Part shown: positions 11,109 through 58,747 of the stretch, piece by piece
Layout: every line of letters begins with the position of its first letter
Numbering within the stretch: position 1 is the stretch's first letter
Origin: Octopus sinensis
Lineage: Eukaryota
Assembly: GCF_006345805.1 (NCBI RefSeq)
Contig: NC_042998.1
Span: 186,186,001-186,250,000 of the forward strand
DNA length: 64,000 nucleotides
Direction of reading: 5' to 3'
The notes under the pieces: generated by a model
What the model was told of the DNA's origin: nothing
The model's database searches: none
Seen by the model: only the letters and a program-made list of their open reading frames with translations
Translations under genes and position numbers: made by a program

Positions 11109-11745
11109 ATAATTATTATTTGAGGGAATAAAATCCAAACTTACAAGGAAAAAAATTCAATTTAGAAATACTAAATGAAATTTTACACAATATAATATAT
11201 ATAAAAAATTTAGAAAAAAGCCACCTTTTATCAATTCAAAATGAATAATTAAATTACACCATCTAGAAAATTACATATAATAGAAAAGTTAAAATTAAAA
11301 TAACAATAAAATGTAAGATTAAGTAAATTGCAAAAATAATAATATATACGTTTTTATTATTATTTTTGCAATTTACTTAATCTTTACATTTTATTATTTT
11401 AATTTTAACTTTTCTATTATATGTAATTTTCTAGATGGTGTAATTTAATTGTTCATTTTGAATTGATAAAAGGTGGCTTTTTTCTAATTTTATATATATA
11501 TATATGAAAAAACAAGTAAAGATAGAAAATGCTAAAATAATTTTATAAAGAACATTTCAGTACCGGTTTCGGTCATTTTGAGACCTTTTCAACTGTAACG
11601 ATTAAATAATTAAATTTAGAAAAATTAAAAGAAAAGTTTTTTTAAAGGTCTCAAAATGACCGAAACCGGTACTGAAATGTTCTTTATAAAATTATTTTAG
11701 CATTTTCTATCTTTACTTGTTTTTTCATATATATCAACTCATTTG
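11107..11745. mobile_element. Double fold-back insertion between (TG)n and (TA)n with a Penelope-like tail
   Basis: Palindrome 1 has ~140-bp arms centred near 11350. Palindrome 2 has ~90-bp arms (11500-11589 / 11644-11733). The first ~50 nt resemble 45010-45061. Confidence 0.65.
11558..11595 (-). ncRNA. Minimal hammerhead motif with U3:A8 core variant
   Basis: Minus strand reads CAG-TTGAAAA-GGTC(TCAAAAT)GACC-GAAA-CCGG-TA-CTG. Confidence 0.65.
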
Positions 11746-11760
11746 TTCCTTTTCACCCTT

Positions 11761-11815
<55 letters not shown>

Positions 11816-12030
11816 TGAGTTTGGAGGGATATATTATCTGGGTGGATACCATGTTAGCTCTCAGTTGGATTCCATCCAGATGCCAGCTAACCCCAACAGT
11901 CAGTATCCAATGTCTGTGTTGTTAGTTGTTAGTCACTCCATGAATTCTTCTGTTGGGGAATTTCACGTGTCCTATGCTGCTGAACTGTAAAGATTCCCTG
12001 GAATATATATTAATATTAATGATAATAGGT

Positions 12031-12198
12031 GCAGGAGTGGCTGTGTGGTAAGTAGCTTGCTAACTAACCACATGGTTCCGGGTTCAGTCCCACTGCGTGG
12101 CATCTTGGGCAAGTGTCTTCTGCTATATTCTCAGGCCGACCAAAGCCTTGTGAGTGGATTTGGTAGACGGAAACTGAAAGAAGCCTGTCATATATACG

Positions 12199-12231
<33 letters not shown>

Positions 12232-12460
12232 ATATGTTTGTGTGTCTGTGTTTGTCCCTCTAGCATTGCTTGACAACCGATGCTGGTGTGTTTACGTCTC
12301 CGTCACTTAGCGGTTCGGCAAAAGAGACCAATAGAATAAGTACTGGGCTTACAAAGAATAAGTCCCGGGGTCGATTTACTTGACTAAAGGTGGTGCTCCA
12401 GCATGGCCGCAGTCAAAATGACTGAAACAAGTAAAAGAGTAAAAGAGTAAGAGTAAGAGA
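12031..12460 (+). mobile_element. SINE family A
   Basis: Full-length copy, near-identical to 2351-2765. Confidence 0.9.
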
Positions 12461-12494
12461 ATAATACAGAGTATGGAGGCATGTACATCCACAA

Positions 12495-13430
12495 AATTTA
12501 TTTTATAGTTATATACAACATATTACAATGACCTACACCTGTTTCGATTGCAATCACTACTCACTGTTACAGATGCAACCTTGCGATATTGTCGGTGCAG
12601 CTTCCTCAGAGCCTTTCCATTTGGTCATCCTCAAAGTGAACTGGTTGCAGTAAATTTTTGTTAGTGTTCTGTGGGAGGTAGGGGTGTTGTTATTTATAGG
12701 TATCTCCTGCTAACCTTGATTTCACCCCAGTTGTCATCTGAAGTTCAGGCTTGGTCTTAAAATAGGTCACAGTCAACTGCGATGAAATCAAGGTCAGTAG
12801 CACATACCTATTTCTTTACTACCCACAAGGGGCTAAACACAGAGAGGACAAACAAGGACAGACAAACGGATTAAGTTCATTATATAGATCCCCAGTGTGT
12901 AACTGGTACTTAATTTATCGACCCTGAAAGGATCAAAGGCAAAGTCGACCTTGGCGGAATTTGAACTCACAATGTAACAGCAGACGAAATACCTATTTCT
13001 TTAGTACCCACAAGGGGCTAAACACAGAGAGGACAAACAAATTAAGTCAATTATATCGACCCCAGTGCGTAACTGGTACTTATTTAATCGACCCCGAAAG
13101 GTTCAAAGGCAAAGTTGACCTCGGCGGAATTTGAACTCAGAACGTAGCGGTGGACAAAATACCACAAAGCATTTCGCCCGGTGTGCTAACATTTCTACCA
13201 GCTCGCTGCCTTACGGTAGCATATACCTATAAATAACAACACCCCTACTTCCCACAGAACACTAACTAACAAAAATTTACTGCAACCAGTTCACTTACAA
13301 GAAGACCAAATGGACAGACCCTGATGGAACTGCACCAACAATACTGCAAAGCTGCATCTGCAACAGTGAGCAGTTGCTGCAGTGGAAACACTTATAGGTC
13401 ATTGCAATATGCTGTATATATAGGTGTGTG
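12495..13430. repeat. ~210-bp diverged inverted repeat (12495-12705 / 13221-13430) enclosing nested SINEs
   Basis: The inner ~75 bp are almost perfect; the outer part is about 75% identical by eye. Confidence 0.75.
12811..13212 (-). mobile_element. Two nested SINE family B copies, antisense
   Basis: The copy at 12991-13212 abuts a truncated copy at 12811-12990 at its internal GGTATTTCGTCTG site. Confidence 0.85.
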
Positions 13431-13624
13431 TGCACAAGACATTCAAAATAAGAATGGAGAATTAAATATTGTCAAAGACTTGTTTATTACCATATTATAT
13501 ACAATACATTTACTTCAAATCTCTGTCCGACATGTGTTTATATTGCATAGATATCCTAAGATATGGCATTAGATGCACCCTTTTGGTTTAGTTGCACTAT
13601 AAGTTCACCCAGGGTATATGTATC

Positions 13625-14000
13625 TCATCATCATCATCATTTAAAGTCCGCTTTCCATGCTAGCATGGGTTGGAAGATTTTGACTGAGGGCTGGCGAACC
13701 AGATGGCTGCACCAGGCTCCAATCTTGATCTGGCAATGTTTCTACAACTGGATGCCCTTCCTAATGCCAACCAATCCGAGAGTGTAGTGGGTGATTTTTA
13801 CATGCCACCAGCACAGGGGCCAGTCTGGCGGTACTGGCAACGACCCTGCTCAAATCTTTTTACACATGCCACCGGCACAGGCACCAGTAAGGCGATGCTG
13901 GTAACGATCACGCACGAATGATGCCTTTTACGTGCCACCGGCACGGAAGCCACTTAGCCTCGCTGGCAACAATCATGATCAGATGGTGCTCTTGGCACCC
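13625..14000 (-). mobile_element. Repeat family C, antisense
   Basis: (CAT)n start on + and reverse-complement body. Confidence 0.85.
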
Positions 14001-14408
14001 TACTTTATTCAAGGTATCACTACTACAGGTTTTTGAAGTGAACTGAAGAGTTCAGTGCTTGATTGTCCTATTCTGGGTATAATTTTGAAAGGGGAGATAA
14101 TTTTGCTTAGTGTAGAAGCAGAGGTTGTGAAATATATGGTAACAAACATGAGACATTACTGTTCTTCCACACAATGCATGTAAAATTATTTACTAGAAAA
14201 TAATGGAAATACTTTTTTATCTTTTTGTAACCATTTGTAAACAGGAGTTTCACTGCTGGAAATGAGAAATGCTGAGATTGATGCTTGTATTATGCAGCCA
14301 ATAATAATAATCCTTTCTATTATAAGCACAAGGCCTGAAATTTTGTGGGAGGGGGCTACTAGTTGATTACAATGACCCTAGTGCTCAACTGGTATTTCTT
14401 CTACCAAA

Positions 14409-14639
14409 GGCAGCGAGCTGGCAGAAACGTTAGCACGCCGGGCAAAATGCATAGCCATATTTCATCTGCCGTTACGTTCTGAGTTCAAATTCCACCGAGG
14501 TCGACTTTGCCTTTCATCTTTTCGGGATTGATAAATTAAGTACCAGTTACGCACTGGGGTTGATGTAATCGACTTAATCTGTTTGTCTGTCCTTGTTTGT
14601 CCCCTCTGTGTTTAGCCTCTTGTGGGTAGTAAAGAAATA
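14409..14639 (+). mobile_element. SINE family B inserted into an older antisense B-related copy
   Basis: 13-bp TSD GGTATTTCTTCTA (14391-14403, 14640-14652). Confidence 0.9.
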
Positions 14640-16332
14640 GGTATTTCTTCTATCAACCTTGAAAGGATGAAGGGCAAAGTGGACCTCAGCAGAATTTGAA
14701 CCCAGAATGAAAAGACAGATGAAATTCCACTAAGCATTTTGTCTAGCACACTAATGATTCTGCCAGCTTGCCGATAATAATAATAACGAGCTTATAAGAG
14801 AACCTGTTCTTAGTTACTTACTTCGCTGGAAAAATTTGCCAAATCTCCTTTGACAATAGGTTTGTTTAATCATGGTTTGCCTAGAGAGTAACAACAACTA
14901 CAATATACTTTTGCTAATGTCATTTGTAAAAAAGAGCACAGTGATAAAAAAGGCTAGGATTCCTGAAATGATGCCATTACGGAAGTGAGGTAGATAAAGA
15001 GGGAAGAATATTAGGATGATGGTTCATGAATTTACATGATTATTGATTGACATTAAAGGTCTGCCTCTGTGAGTCACTTATTCTAAAAAACAAAAAATCA
15101 ATGTAAATCTCCATAATTTTAGGAAAGCAGTTATCAAATTAGCACCACCATCACCATCTCCACCAACCATCTTCACCACCACCACTGTCATCATCATCAT
15201 CATCATAGCTACCATCATAAACATCTTAACCATTGCTATCATTAGCATTAGCTTGATGTGTAAATGTGGCGGGTAGTAGAATTGGTAGAATGCTGGACAT
15301 TGTGTTCCTTTACAGGGGTGGGTTTGACCTATTTTTATTATAGGTCACAATTTGTGAAAAATAGTTTTGTTGGTTACAGGTTTGCTGCAGTTCTTACGGC
15401 AAGAGTGATAATGGAGTGTCACTGATATTTCTGGTTTCTAACTAAAGTTTATATATGTGTGTGGATGTGTGTATATGTGCATGTTGCATGTATATTTTTC
15501 ACTAACATACATTGGTAAAAGATACACATATGCTCACACACATACACTCACACACAAACATACAAGCATGTGCCTGTGCACACACACACAACTAGCTTTC
15601 ATGCCAAATTCATTCACATAGTACTGGGCAACCCAGTAATGACACATACCCATGATATCACAAAGTGGAACCATGTGATTATGAAGTGACTTTCGCAATC
15701 ATACAAATATGACCTTTATCTTTCTGTGGTGACTGGATTCAACTGGCCCTACTCCACTAGAGTAGTTAGAGTGTGTGCTGCCCAGGGCGGCCTTTAAGTT
15801 TGCCACCTCTGGGTCTCCACAAAAAATACATATTACCTACAGGAGACCCAAAGGTGGTGCTATCCCTATAAAAGTGCTACCCAGGATAGACCACCCCCTC
15901 TGCCTCCCTCTGGCTAGTGCCATACTCACTTGCTCTCTACTAGTTGACCTTGGGAAGCTGAGAAGTAATTTACCCCTAGCAGGATTTGAACAATGCAACA
16001 AAATACTCCAAGGTATTTTGTTCACCAGTCTACCTATTCTACCATCCACTACCACATTAGAATATACTAAATCACAGTTAATAACTTGAAGAACTGTTTA
16101 ATAATTTGAATAAAGCTATAAGATTTATGAAAGGGTTATTTGAGATAAACAATCAAATATAAAATACATATCTATTCAAGAATAAGTTGTTAGAAGATAT
16201 AACATCATCATCATCATTATCGTTCAACATCCGCTTTCCATGCTAGCATGGGTTGGACAATTTTGACTGAAGGCTGGCGAACCAGATGGCTGCACCAGGC
16301 TCTAATCTTGATTTGGCAGAGTTTCTACAGCT

Positions 16333-16535
16333 GGATGCCCTTCCTAATGTTAGGATGCCCTTCCTAACGCCAAGATGCCCTTCCTAATGCCAAGATGCCC
16401 TTCCTAATGCTAGGATTGCCCTTCCTAATGCCAAGATGCCCTTCCTAATGCCAAGATGCCCTTCCTAACGCCAAGATGCCCTTCCTAACACCAAGGATGC
16501 TCTTCCTAATGCTAGGATGCCCTTCCTAACGCCAA
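16333..16535. repeat. Minisatellite, 10 x ~20 bp (GATGCCCTTCCTAAYGCCAA), derived from family C
   Basis: Continues directly from the antisense family C copy at 16203-16345. Confidence 0.92.
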
Positions 16536-16692
16536 TAGAATACTTTTTGATCTTATTAACTGAATTCAGAACTTAAACCACTTAAATTTGTAGTCATTAT
16601 ACTAATGAGATCACACATACCAAAGTCTGTTCTGTTAAAGTTTCCTGTTATAAATGCTAATGTCAATGATTGTCCTCGTTTTGTCATTGAAG

Positions 16693-50867
<34,175 letters not shown>

Positions 50868-53562
50868 GTAAGTTGATTCTCTTTGTTTCTTAATCTGCAG
50901 GTATTTCAAATATATGTCATCTACAGCTGACAAAAAGAGATGTAAAATTTTAAAAGGAAATTTTCTTTTAGGATTCAGTTATTTCCAGATTTTTTTTATT
51001 TCATCATTCCTTTTATTCAGGTTTGTTAATCTTTGCATATAAAGTGAATCTATGATCTAGGTTTTAGATCACAGTTATGCTGAAATTTTACATAAGAACA
51101 CATTTTTTTGCCAGAAGGTGATTTTTGTTGATATTTGCTAAAAAAAAAGTTTAGCAATGGTAAAATCGCAGCTTAATAGCTCATTGTGGAAATTGAACTT
51201 GATATATAGATGGTTCAAGAAATAACTATGCTAGCCTCACTAAATAAAATGGTAAGTGATCCGAATTTTAAAATTTTGAATCTTCTTCCAGAAAAGTATA
51301 TAAATCATATAGTACTCAGTTTGAGCAATCTTCTGAATTGCTTTCCCTCAACTGCAACAATTCTGAGTGAATCAATATTGTCAGATATGTAATGAAGATT
51401 GGAATGCAGTCATTTTTGATCTATAGGCCAACACCTCATAGAGTTGATTAGCAAATCTTATCTATTTTAACACTTAGCTATCCTTAATTCTTTCATTAAT
51501 AAAGATATGTTGGATGTGAAGATGCAAAATGTGCAAAATATGGTAGTAAAGTTCAGTTCTCAGATGAAAAATTACCTCTGGACACCAAATTTGGAAATTA
51601 ATATTATGCCGTCATCCCATTAATACAAATCAAATGTAACATCAAACTAATGAAAGCAGCATTGGGAGGAAAATGGTTAAGTAACTAAGAATAATTTCAT
51701 GTGACAACAAATGCATTCCTTCATCATGACAATGAGTTAGATTTCATAAATGGTTTATTAATCTGCAGTTTTCTACCATCTTAGTTTCTCTTGCCAACAA
51801 CAATTTTGCAGTCTTATCTGATATTTTATTTTGTATGAAATATATTGCATTTCACTATTTGTAAATTTTGTTGTATTATCTATGAAGCCATTTATATGAA
51901 GATGGTGGTCTTCAGTTTATCAAAGCTGAAATAATCGCATGTGTGTCTATACATGTGAGTGTTCTGACGTATAGTATTGAAACTGGAGATTTTATTATTT
52001 TTTATGAAGCATTATACTAGATTACAAATATTGCTTTACACATCACCAAATGATGTTTATATAGATATTATCTTACCTTGTGCTTGTTATGATCTTGAGT
52101 ATATGTCATTGTCGTGTTCAGTCATATTTCTAAGGCTGTCTATACACAGTCATCCTTATAAATTAACTGCTCCGCCAATACTGTATATCAATGCTGTTGC
52201 TAATTCAAAAGTAGGTGTATATATAACACACCATATATCGGATTTTCTTCAATATACTAATACTAAAAGCATGCTGATAGAGCATATCACCACTATATCA
52301 AACATTAGTCTTTTCATCAAGAAAACTCAAACAAAAATAGTTCCTATAATGTATGAGTTTACAGATCTTTTCGGTTTGAACGGCAGTTTTTAACATAATT
52401 TCTAGGTAACTAAAAAATTATAAACTTCGTATACTGGTAGAATATGTTTATAAAACATCATTTTCTCTTGACTTTATTGAGAAAATTCTATAGTTTGTAA
52501 GATATTTGGTCTTTAATTTCTGCAATTTCAACCAATCACTGGCGTCTATTGAGTTAAAAAGCATTCTGTGCCGTATGAATATGTCCCTCGTTTAAGAAAC
52601 AGATTGGGTTTATTTACATTTGTGAAGAAAAAAAAGATACCCTTCCCCCCACCCCTAACCCTAACCAACCCTAAATCTAAAATAGATTGAAATGCAATAG
52701 ATCAATACTAGGGTCATAATTATGGGTGACAATTTCATATGACACCGCTAGAAAAAACGCCAAGTTCATCACATTATAAACATTGTGTTAAATACATATT
52801 GAAAAAATCATAGAAAAAACAAAATCATCCACAGTATTTTTGTGGATGATTTCATTTCATTAACTGGAAGGAAAGAATGGATACTATTTTTATTGGGACA
52901 ATGAATCTAGCTGTTAATGAAATGAGAGTTAAAACTTGATAATTGAATCTTAAGAACAAAATAAATTCAAACATCCTTTATTTATTAAATCATATCAGCT
53001 TGACAGGAAAAATCTATTTTGTTGTTGTGGCTTAGTTCAGTTGTGCTTTGGCAGACTCCAGCCAATCAGAGCTGGAGGTGTAATAATACAAATAGCATCT
53101 TCTGCTCACCAGTATCGTGTGCCTTTTTGGAATGGCTTGAGCAGTTGTGAATTTAATGGCATAGAAGCAACATCACTTTCTTCAACATGTCGCATTTTCT
53201 GTGTCCACCACCAACTACACGCAACTCATATGATTAATATTAGCTTCCACTCTGCTTCATATAAATCTCAGTGTATATAGTAAGTCATGTGATTTTTCCT
53301 GTCTTGCATATACATACATTTGGTTCCCATTCATATGCAAGATTAATCTTTATTACCACTTTCTAGCACTCATTACATTACTGAATAAATTTCAATGTTT
53401 TTGTTTTATAAACTTGCCTTCTCAATATTCGTTATTCATGCCTCTTTAAGAAATCACTGAAATTGGGTTCTTTCTATGAACTGCCTTCTGAAAATGCTAA
53501 CTACATGCATCATGTTACAATTTGAACATGTTACATATAGGAGACATTCCTTCTGACTGACA

Positions 53563-53790
53563 TTAGTGACTCACATGTAACACTGGTGACCTAGGCGTGA
53601 TAAGATCTTTCAAATGAATCACCAGGGATGAAGGTATGGTGCTCAACAAAATGTGTAGCTGTTGCTGCTCCGATTTAATGTTGTTCATAGCGAAATAGGC
53701 CTCCATCTGCACAAACCAAACTCTTACATCACCACTGAATTCTGATAACATAGTGTGATTCATACCAGCCAAGAAATGTAGCACGTATGA
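53563..53790 (-). mobile_element. Ty3/Gypsy gag N-terminal relic
   Basis: FSGDVRVWFVQMEAYFAMNNIKSEQQQLHILLSTIP...LKDLI fits the common Gypsy gag WF.Q.EA.F pattern. Confidence 0.5.
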
Positions 53791-53820
53791 ACTGATAAAA
53801 TGTGGTGAGCATGGTTACTC

Positions 53821-54228
53821 TCTCTCTCTTTTACTCTTTTACTTGTTTCAGTCATTTGACTGCAGCCATGCTGGAGCACTGCCTTTAATCGAGCAACTCA
53901 ACCCCGGGACTTATTCTTTTGTAAGCCCAGTACTTATTCTATCGGTCTCTTTTGCCGAACCGCTAAGTAACAGGGACATAAACACACCAGCATCGTTTGT
54001 CAAGCAATGCTAGGGGGACAAACACAGACACACAAACACACACATGCATATATATATATACATATATATAACGGGCTTCTTTCAGTTTCCGTCTACCAAA
54101 TCCACTCACAAGGCTTTGGTCAGCCTGAGGCTATAGTAGAAGACACTTGCCCAAGGTGTCACGCAATGGGACTGAACCCGGAACCATATGGTTGGTAAAC
54201 AAGCTACTTACCACACAGCAACTCCTGC
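53821..54228 (-). mobile_element. SINE family A, antisense
   Basis: Full-length reverse-complement copy. Confidence 0.9.
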
Positions 54229-55853
54229 AAAGAAAAGTGATCATTAATATGGCAATAAAAAGAAATATTAGTCCTCAGTGTGTTTTGTTCTATTTTCCTT
54301 TCAAATAATCATAAAACAAATCCAAGATGAAGCAAGATCAAATTTTACACCAATGGTGGCAAGCAGGAAAAATTAAGCTGAAGTGAGGCGAGACATACAT
54401 GTTGGGTACTTGTGCACATGCGTAAGGTACCATGAGGTTACATGTGAAGAAGAAGGTCAGCAGCCGTATTGAAAACGAAATGCATCTATGTGGTTTAGAA
54501 GAAAATAAATTAAGCCATTATGTGAACAATGCCACTAGAGGTTCCTCTTTGAAACAAAAACAATAGACAGCTTTGACACGTTAGCCATGCACAATTTTGG
54601 TTAACCTTTGCTCAGCACTGTCCTACAAAAGTATCATTTGCGGGTGAGGACTATTTCCTGAAGAAATATTTCAGTATCAGGTCACCAATGTTACATATAA
54701 TTCTCTCCAATGGTCTTGCCACACTTAAAAACAAGGATTTATCACATAGCAGAGAACACAAAGACCCATTACATTAAACTAAAATCATCACTGAAATAGT
54801 GCTACATGCACAAAATATTAGTAAAACTACACAATTTTAATAATATTCCAAATAAAAAATCAAATCTCTAGCAGGAAGCAGTATTGTTAAATCACTATAT
54901 TGGGCTAAAAGTTTCACTGCTGATTCCTTTACTTTGAATGTTTACCTTGTATTTCATTTACTCTTTTATGCCAGTTATTTAAAAACTACAGCTGATTAAG
55001 TGGAATACGGAAAAAATTTATTGGTGCATGTGTTTGATAAATTAATGATATGGCTCTACCAAAATGTAACAATATCTTTTCAACACACAATTTTTTATTA
55101 AATTCCTTACCAAATCTCTACATGAATATTTTACCAGTCTCAGTATGCTGAAAAATACCTTCTCTGTTATCCACAGAAAATAACATGGAATGTAATATTT
55201 AATTGATAGGGAAAAGTTCATGAATATAATATTTTTTCTTGCCTGAAGATTGTCTTCATTTAAATTGCCAGAATGCATTTCATATTCTATTAATTTTTCT
55301 CCCATTTTAATCCTTAATTGTTTTTATACATTCCAATTTGTGTGTTCATATGAAGATAGTTTAAATGAAAATTGTTTTCCTAAAACATTTAAAGTACATT
55401 ATCACAGCTGGACTATGTTATCCGATGGCTTCATTTTTCTTATTGATTAAACTGCATGCTGTTAAAATATCTTAAGCCCAAGTTTAAATATAAATTCAAA
55501 AACTCAGCAGTCATGCATATATATTAAAGTAGAATATAATTTATATTTCAGATCCAAAAATAATTAGAATTGAAGTTACAGCTGGACAAATTCTTTTTGT
55601 TCATTGTTCTCTATTTAATTTGTTAAATTAAATTGATTTCTCTCAGTATTTTTATTGTTTCCATAATTCATATTTTATTATTCGTATTTAAATTTTATGC
55701 AGTCCATTAATGTCAGCTGAATAAGGTTGCTTATATATACATATGTGTGTGTTAGAATAAAAAATGTTGGTGCACTGGAAGTATGGAGGTATGAAAGATT
55801 CGGTTAAAATATATTCATAAGTTCAGATCAGCATTTTCGTTAGCCTTTCTTTA

Positions 55854-56900
55854 TATGAGGGTTAGCTGCTAAGTTCATAGGCTGACCAAGATACCCCCAT
55901 AGAATGTGACCAAGTGATGTTTATTTTTCAACATGGTCCCCTTGTGGTCCATATCCTTCTTCCATCATTGTTGCAGTGTGTGGACACCATTAGTAAAGAA
56001 TCTCATCCTGTTGGTTAAAAAAGTCATCAAGAGCAGATATAAAATCATCATCACTGCAATACTGGTTCCCAACCAAGTATTTTTCCATGTTGAAGAACAA
56101 ATGGAACCAAATTAGAAGAATAAGGAGGGTGATTAACCAGTTCAAAGCCACATTTATGTACAACAGAAATTGAAACCAAAGATTTCAGTGCTAGAGCACT
56201 GTGTTGATGAAACAAGACTCCTTTTGTCAGTTTTCCAGGGCATTTGGTCTTGATAGCCTTTTGTAACTGCCTCAGCAAGTTGGCATAGTATTTTCCACAG
56301 TTGGTGCGGCCCTTTTGAAGATAGTTAATAGAAAGAGGTCTTTGTGTCCCAAAACCCGGAGGGCATCACCTTCCCTGCTGATGAATTGACCTTGGTCTTC
56401 TTTGGAGTGGGTGAGGAAGAGCATTTCCACTGCATGGATTGTTTCTTTGTCTCTGACTCAAAGTGATCAACCCAATACTCATCCTGACTAAGGAAATGTT
56501 CTCGGAAACCAGCTGGATCTGCCTCAAACAATGTCAGATTTTCCCATAATGTAATCAATCTGGTGTGTTTTTGATCAGGTGTCAGAATATGTATTACTCA
56601 TTAAGCAGAAACCTTCGTCATGCTGAGTTCATTGTGCAGAATATTCTCAGCTTTCTCACAGGATCTGCTAATAGTATTGGCTATTTGATTTAGTGTCAAT
56701 CACTTGTCATCCATATTACTATGTGGTGAACATGATCCATGTTTTCCTCAGAGGTTTTCCTTGGTTGCAGGATGTCCATACATTGGGTCAGTTTCAGGAC
56801 TCTCTTTTCTCTTCCTAAATTTAGTTACCCACTTTTGCACTGCTCATAAAACTGAAGTGTCACCTCCTAATATATCTACTGTATCCTGGATATATATATA
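55854..56900 (-). mobile_element. Degenerate mariner transposase remnant
   Basis: Translated fragments QDEYWVDHFESETKKQSMQWK, GKVMPSGFWD, KGVLFHQHSA and HPPYSSNL resemble mariner DD34D motifs; stops and frameshifts present. Confidence 0.85.
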
Positions 56901-56924
56901 TATAATACATGATTTTTTCACAGC

Positions 56925-57141
56925 CGTTGCCAGTACCACCTGACTGGCCCTCATGCTGGTGGCACGTAAAAGCACCCACTACACTGTCGGAGTGGTTGGC
57001 ATTAGGAAGGGCATCCAGCTGTAGAAACTCTGCTATATCAAGATTGGAGCCTGGTGCAGCTATCTGATTTGCCAGTCCTCAATCAAATTGTCCAACCCAT
57101 GCTAGCATGGAAAGCAGATGTTAAACGATGATGATGATGAT
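56925..57141 (+). mobile_element. Repeat family C inserted at the mariner relic end
   Basis: 1 unit plus GAT tail. Confidence 0.8.
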
Positions 57142-57889
57142 ATATTTATTTATTTATACTGACACAAGATTTTATTGATATCTTGGACATTCCTAATTTT
57201 AGATCAGTCCTTTGGCACAGAAGCAATGCTATCTGTGAGGCTGTGATGCTACAAATGTTTGCAGCTGTTTCTGTTTGAATGAATTTTTATGTTTGAGTTG
57301 AGTATCAGAGGTAGAGCTTTTTAAGAAGTTCTGATAGAAATGTTTTGGACTGATATTTATGGGTCTGAATGTTTGGATATAGTTTTTCATGTAATAGTGA
57401 TTTCAAGCATAATGTGGCAACAAACAGTGTCCCTCATATGTCTAAGTGATCTTTCTTTTTAACCTAGGTTTAGTCATTCACAGAAATTTCTCTGCCTTGT
57501 GTTTTATTATTGCAGAGCATTTTGGGACATTTCTGAATGCCCGTTAGACTGCCTCTGAATTATTTGGTATTTTCAAAATATTTTGAGAGAACTTCAGTTT
57601 TTATTTATTTATTCATTTATTAATTATTATTGACTTAGTGGGCTGGTAGAATTGTTACCATGCTGTACTTTGTGTCATTTTGTCCGTCTTTACATTCTGA
57701 GCTCAAACTCCACCAAAGTTATCTTTGCTTTTCATTCTTTTGGTGGCTGATAAAATATGTATCAGTCATGAACTGGGGTCATTGTAATCAACTAACTCCC
57801 TCCTCAAAATTTCTGGCCTTGTGTCTATATTAGAAAAGATTATTATTATTATTATTGTTATGAGTATGTTTGGTATAATAATACCTAAC

Positions 57890-58250
57890 ATACTCAGCTT
57901 GTTGCTGGCAGTGTCATTAACATACCAGCTGTTCACTTCCTGAGAATTAGGGCTGCATGTTCTTTTTCAACTCTCAAGGATTTACAGAAACTCCTTGAAC
58001 TGCCAAGGAATGCTGTTCTCTGGATATGATTTATTTCCCTTTTTATGCCTACCTTTTCCTATCACATTTGTATTTCTTTGTTCACTCTACCTAGGGCACC
58101 AACAACTATTGACACAATATTATTATTATTATTATGTTTTTTCCTTCTTTCTTCAAATTTTCTTCCGATTCTCGCCGAGTGTTTTCCATACACCTAGGGC
58201 AGAGAAGCTCATTGTATGCCTTCCCAGATTACGCACACAAATTCACAGAT
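57890..58250 (-). mobile_element. Possible RLE-type (R4/Dong-like) LINE 3' relics beside (TAA)n
   Basis: Minus strand IQRTAFLGSSRSFCKSL resembles the C-terminal LLGTA.ILR..L motif; an (ATA)n-tailed segment lies at 58120-58250. Confidence 0.3.
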
Positions 58251-58309
58251 AAAATATGTATTTAAAAATTAATAAATAAATAAATTCATAGATGGATGTT
58301 GTTTTCACA

Positions 58310-58352
<43 letters not shown>

Positions 58353-58747
58353 TTCCTTTTGATATTGGTTAGATAACAAATACCTGCCAAGCCACAACCT
58401 AGAGCAGGCATGGTAGTGTAATGTTATTTGTTCAACACTGCTCCTGGTCCTGTTGAGTTTACATTCTTGGATCATGTAAAAAGAGAGAAAAAAGGCTTTC
58501 AAAATATAGATTACAAAGACAAGAACATATACTGAGTGTGAGCTGTATTGTTTTTTTCTGGATAATATATCATCATCACCATCATTATTATTATTATTAT
58601 TATTATTAAAGGTACCAGTTGTAGAATCCTTGCCAGATCAGATTGGAGCCTGGTGCAGCCTACTAGCTTGCAGTCCCCAGTCAAACCGTCCAGTCCATGC
58701 CAGCATGGAAAACAGACATTAAATAATGATGATGATGATGATGATGT

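Noticed and set aside
15376-15430. Possible alternative IP3R exon after ttggttacag
   Set aside because: In-frame donors are weak and there is no similarity to the expected upstream exon.
52653-52675. Second telomere-like tract
   Set aside because: Only two to three imperfect CCCTAA units inside an unclassified repeat (~52350-52770); too short to interpret.
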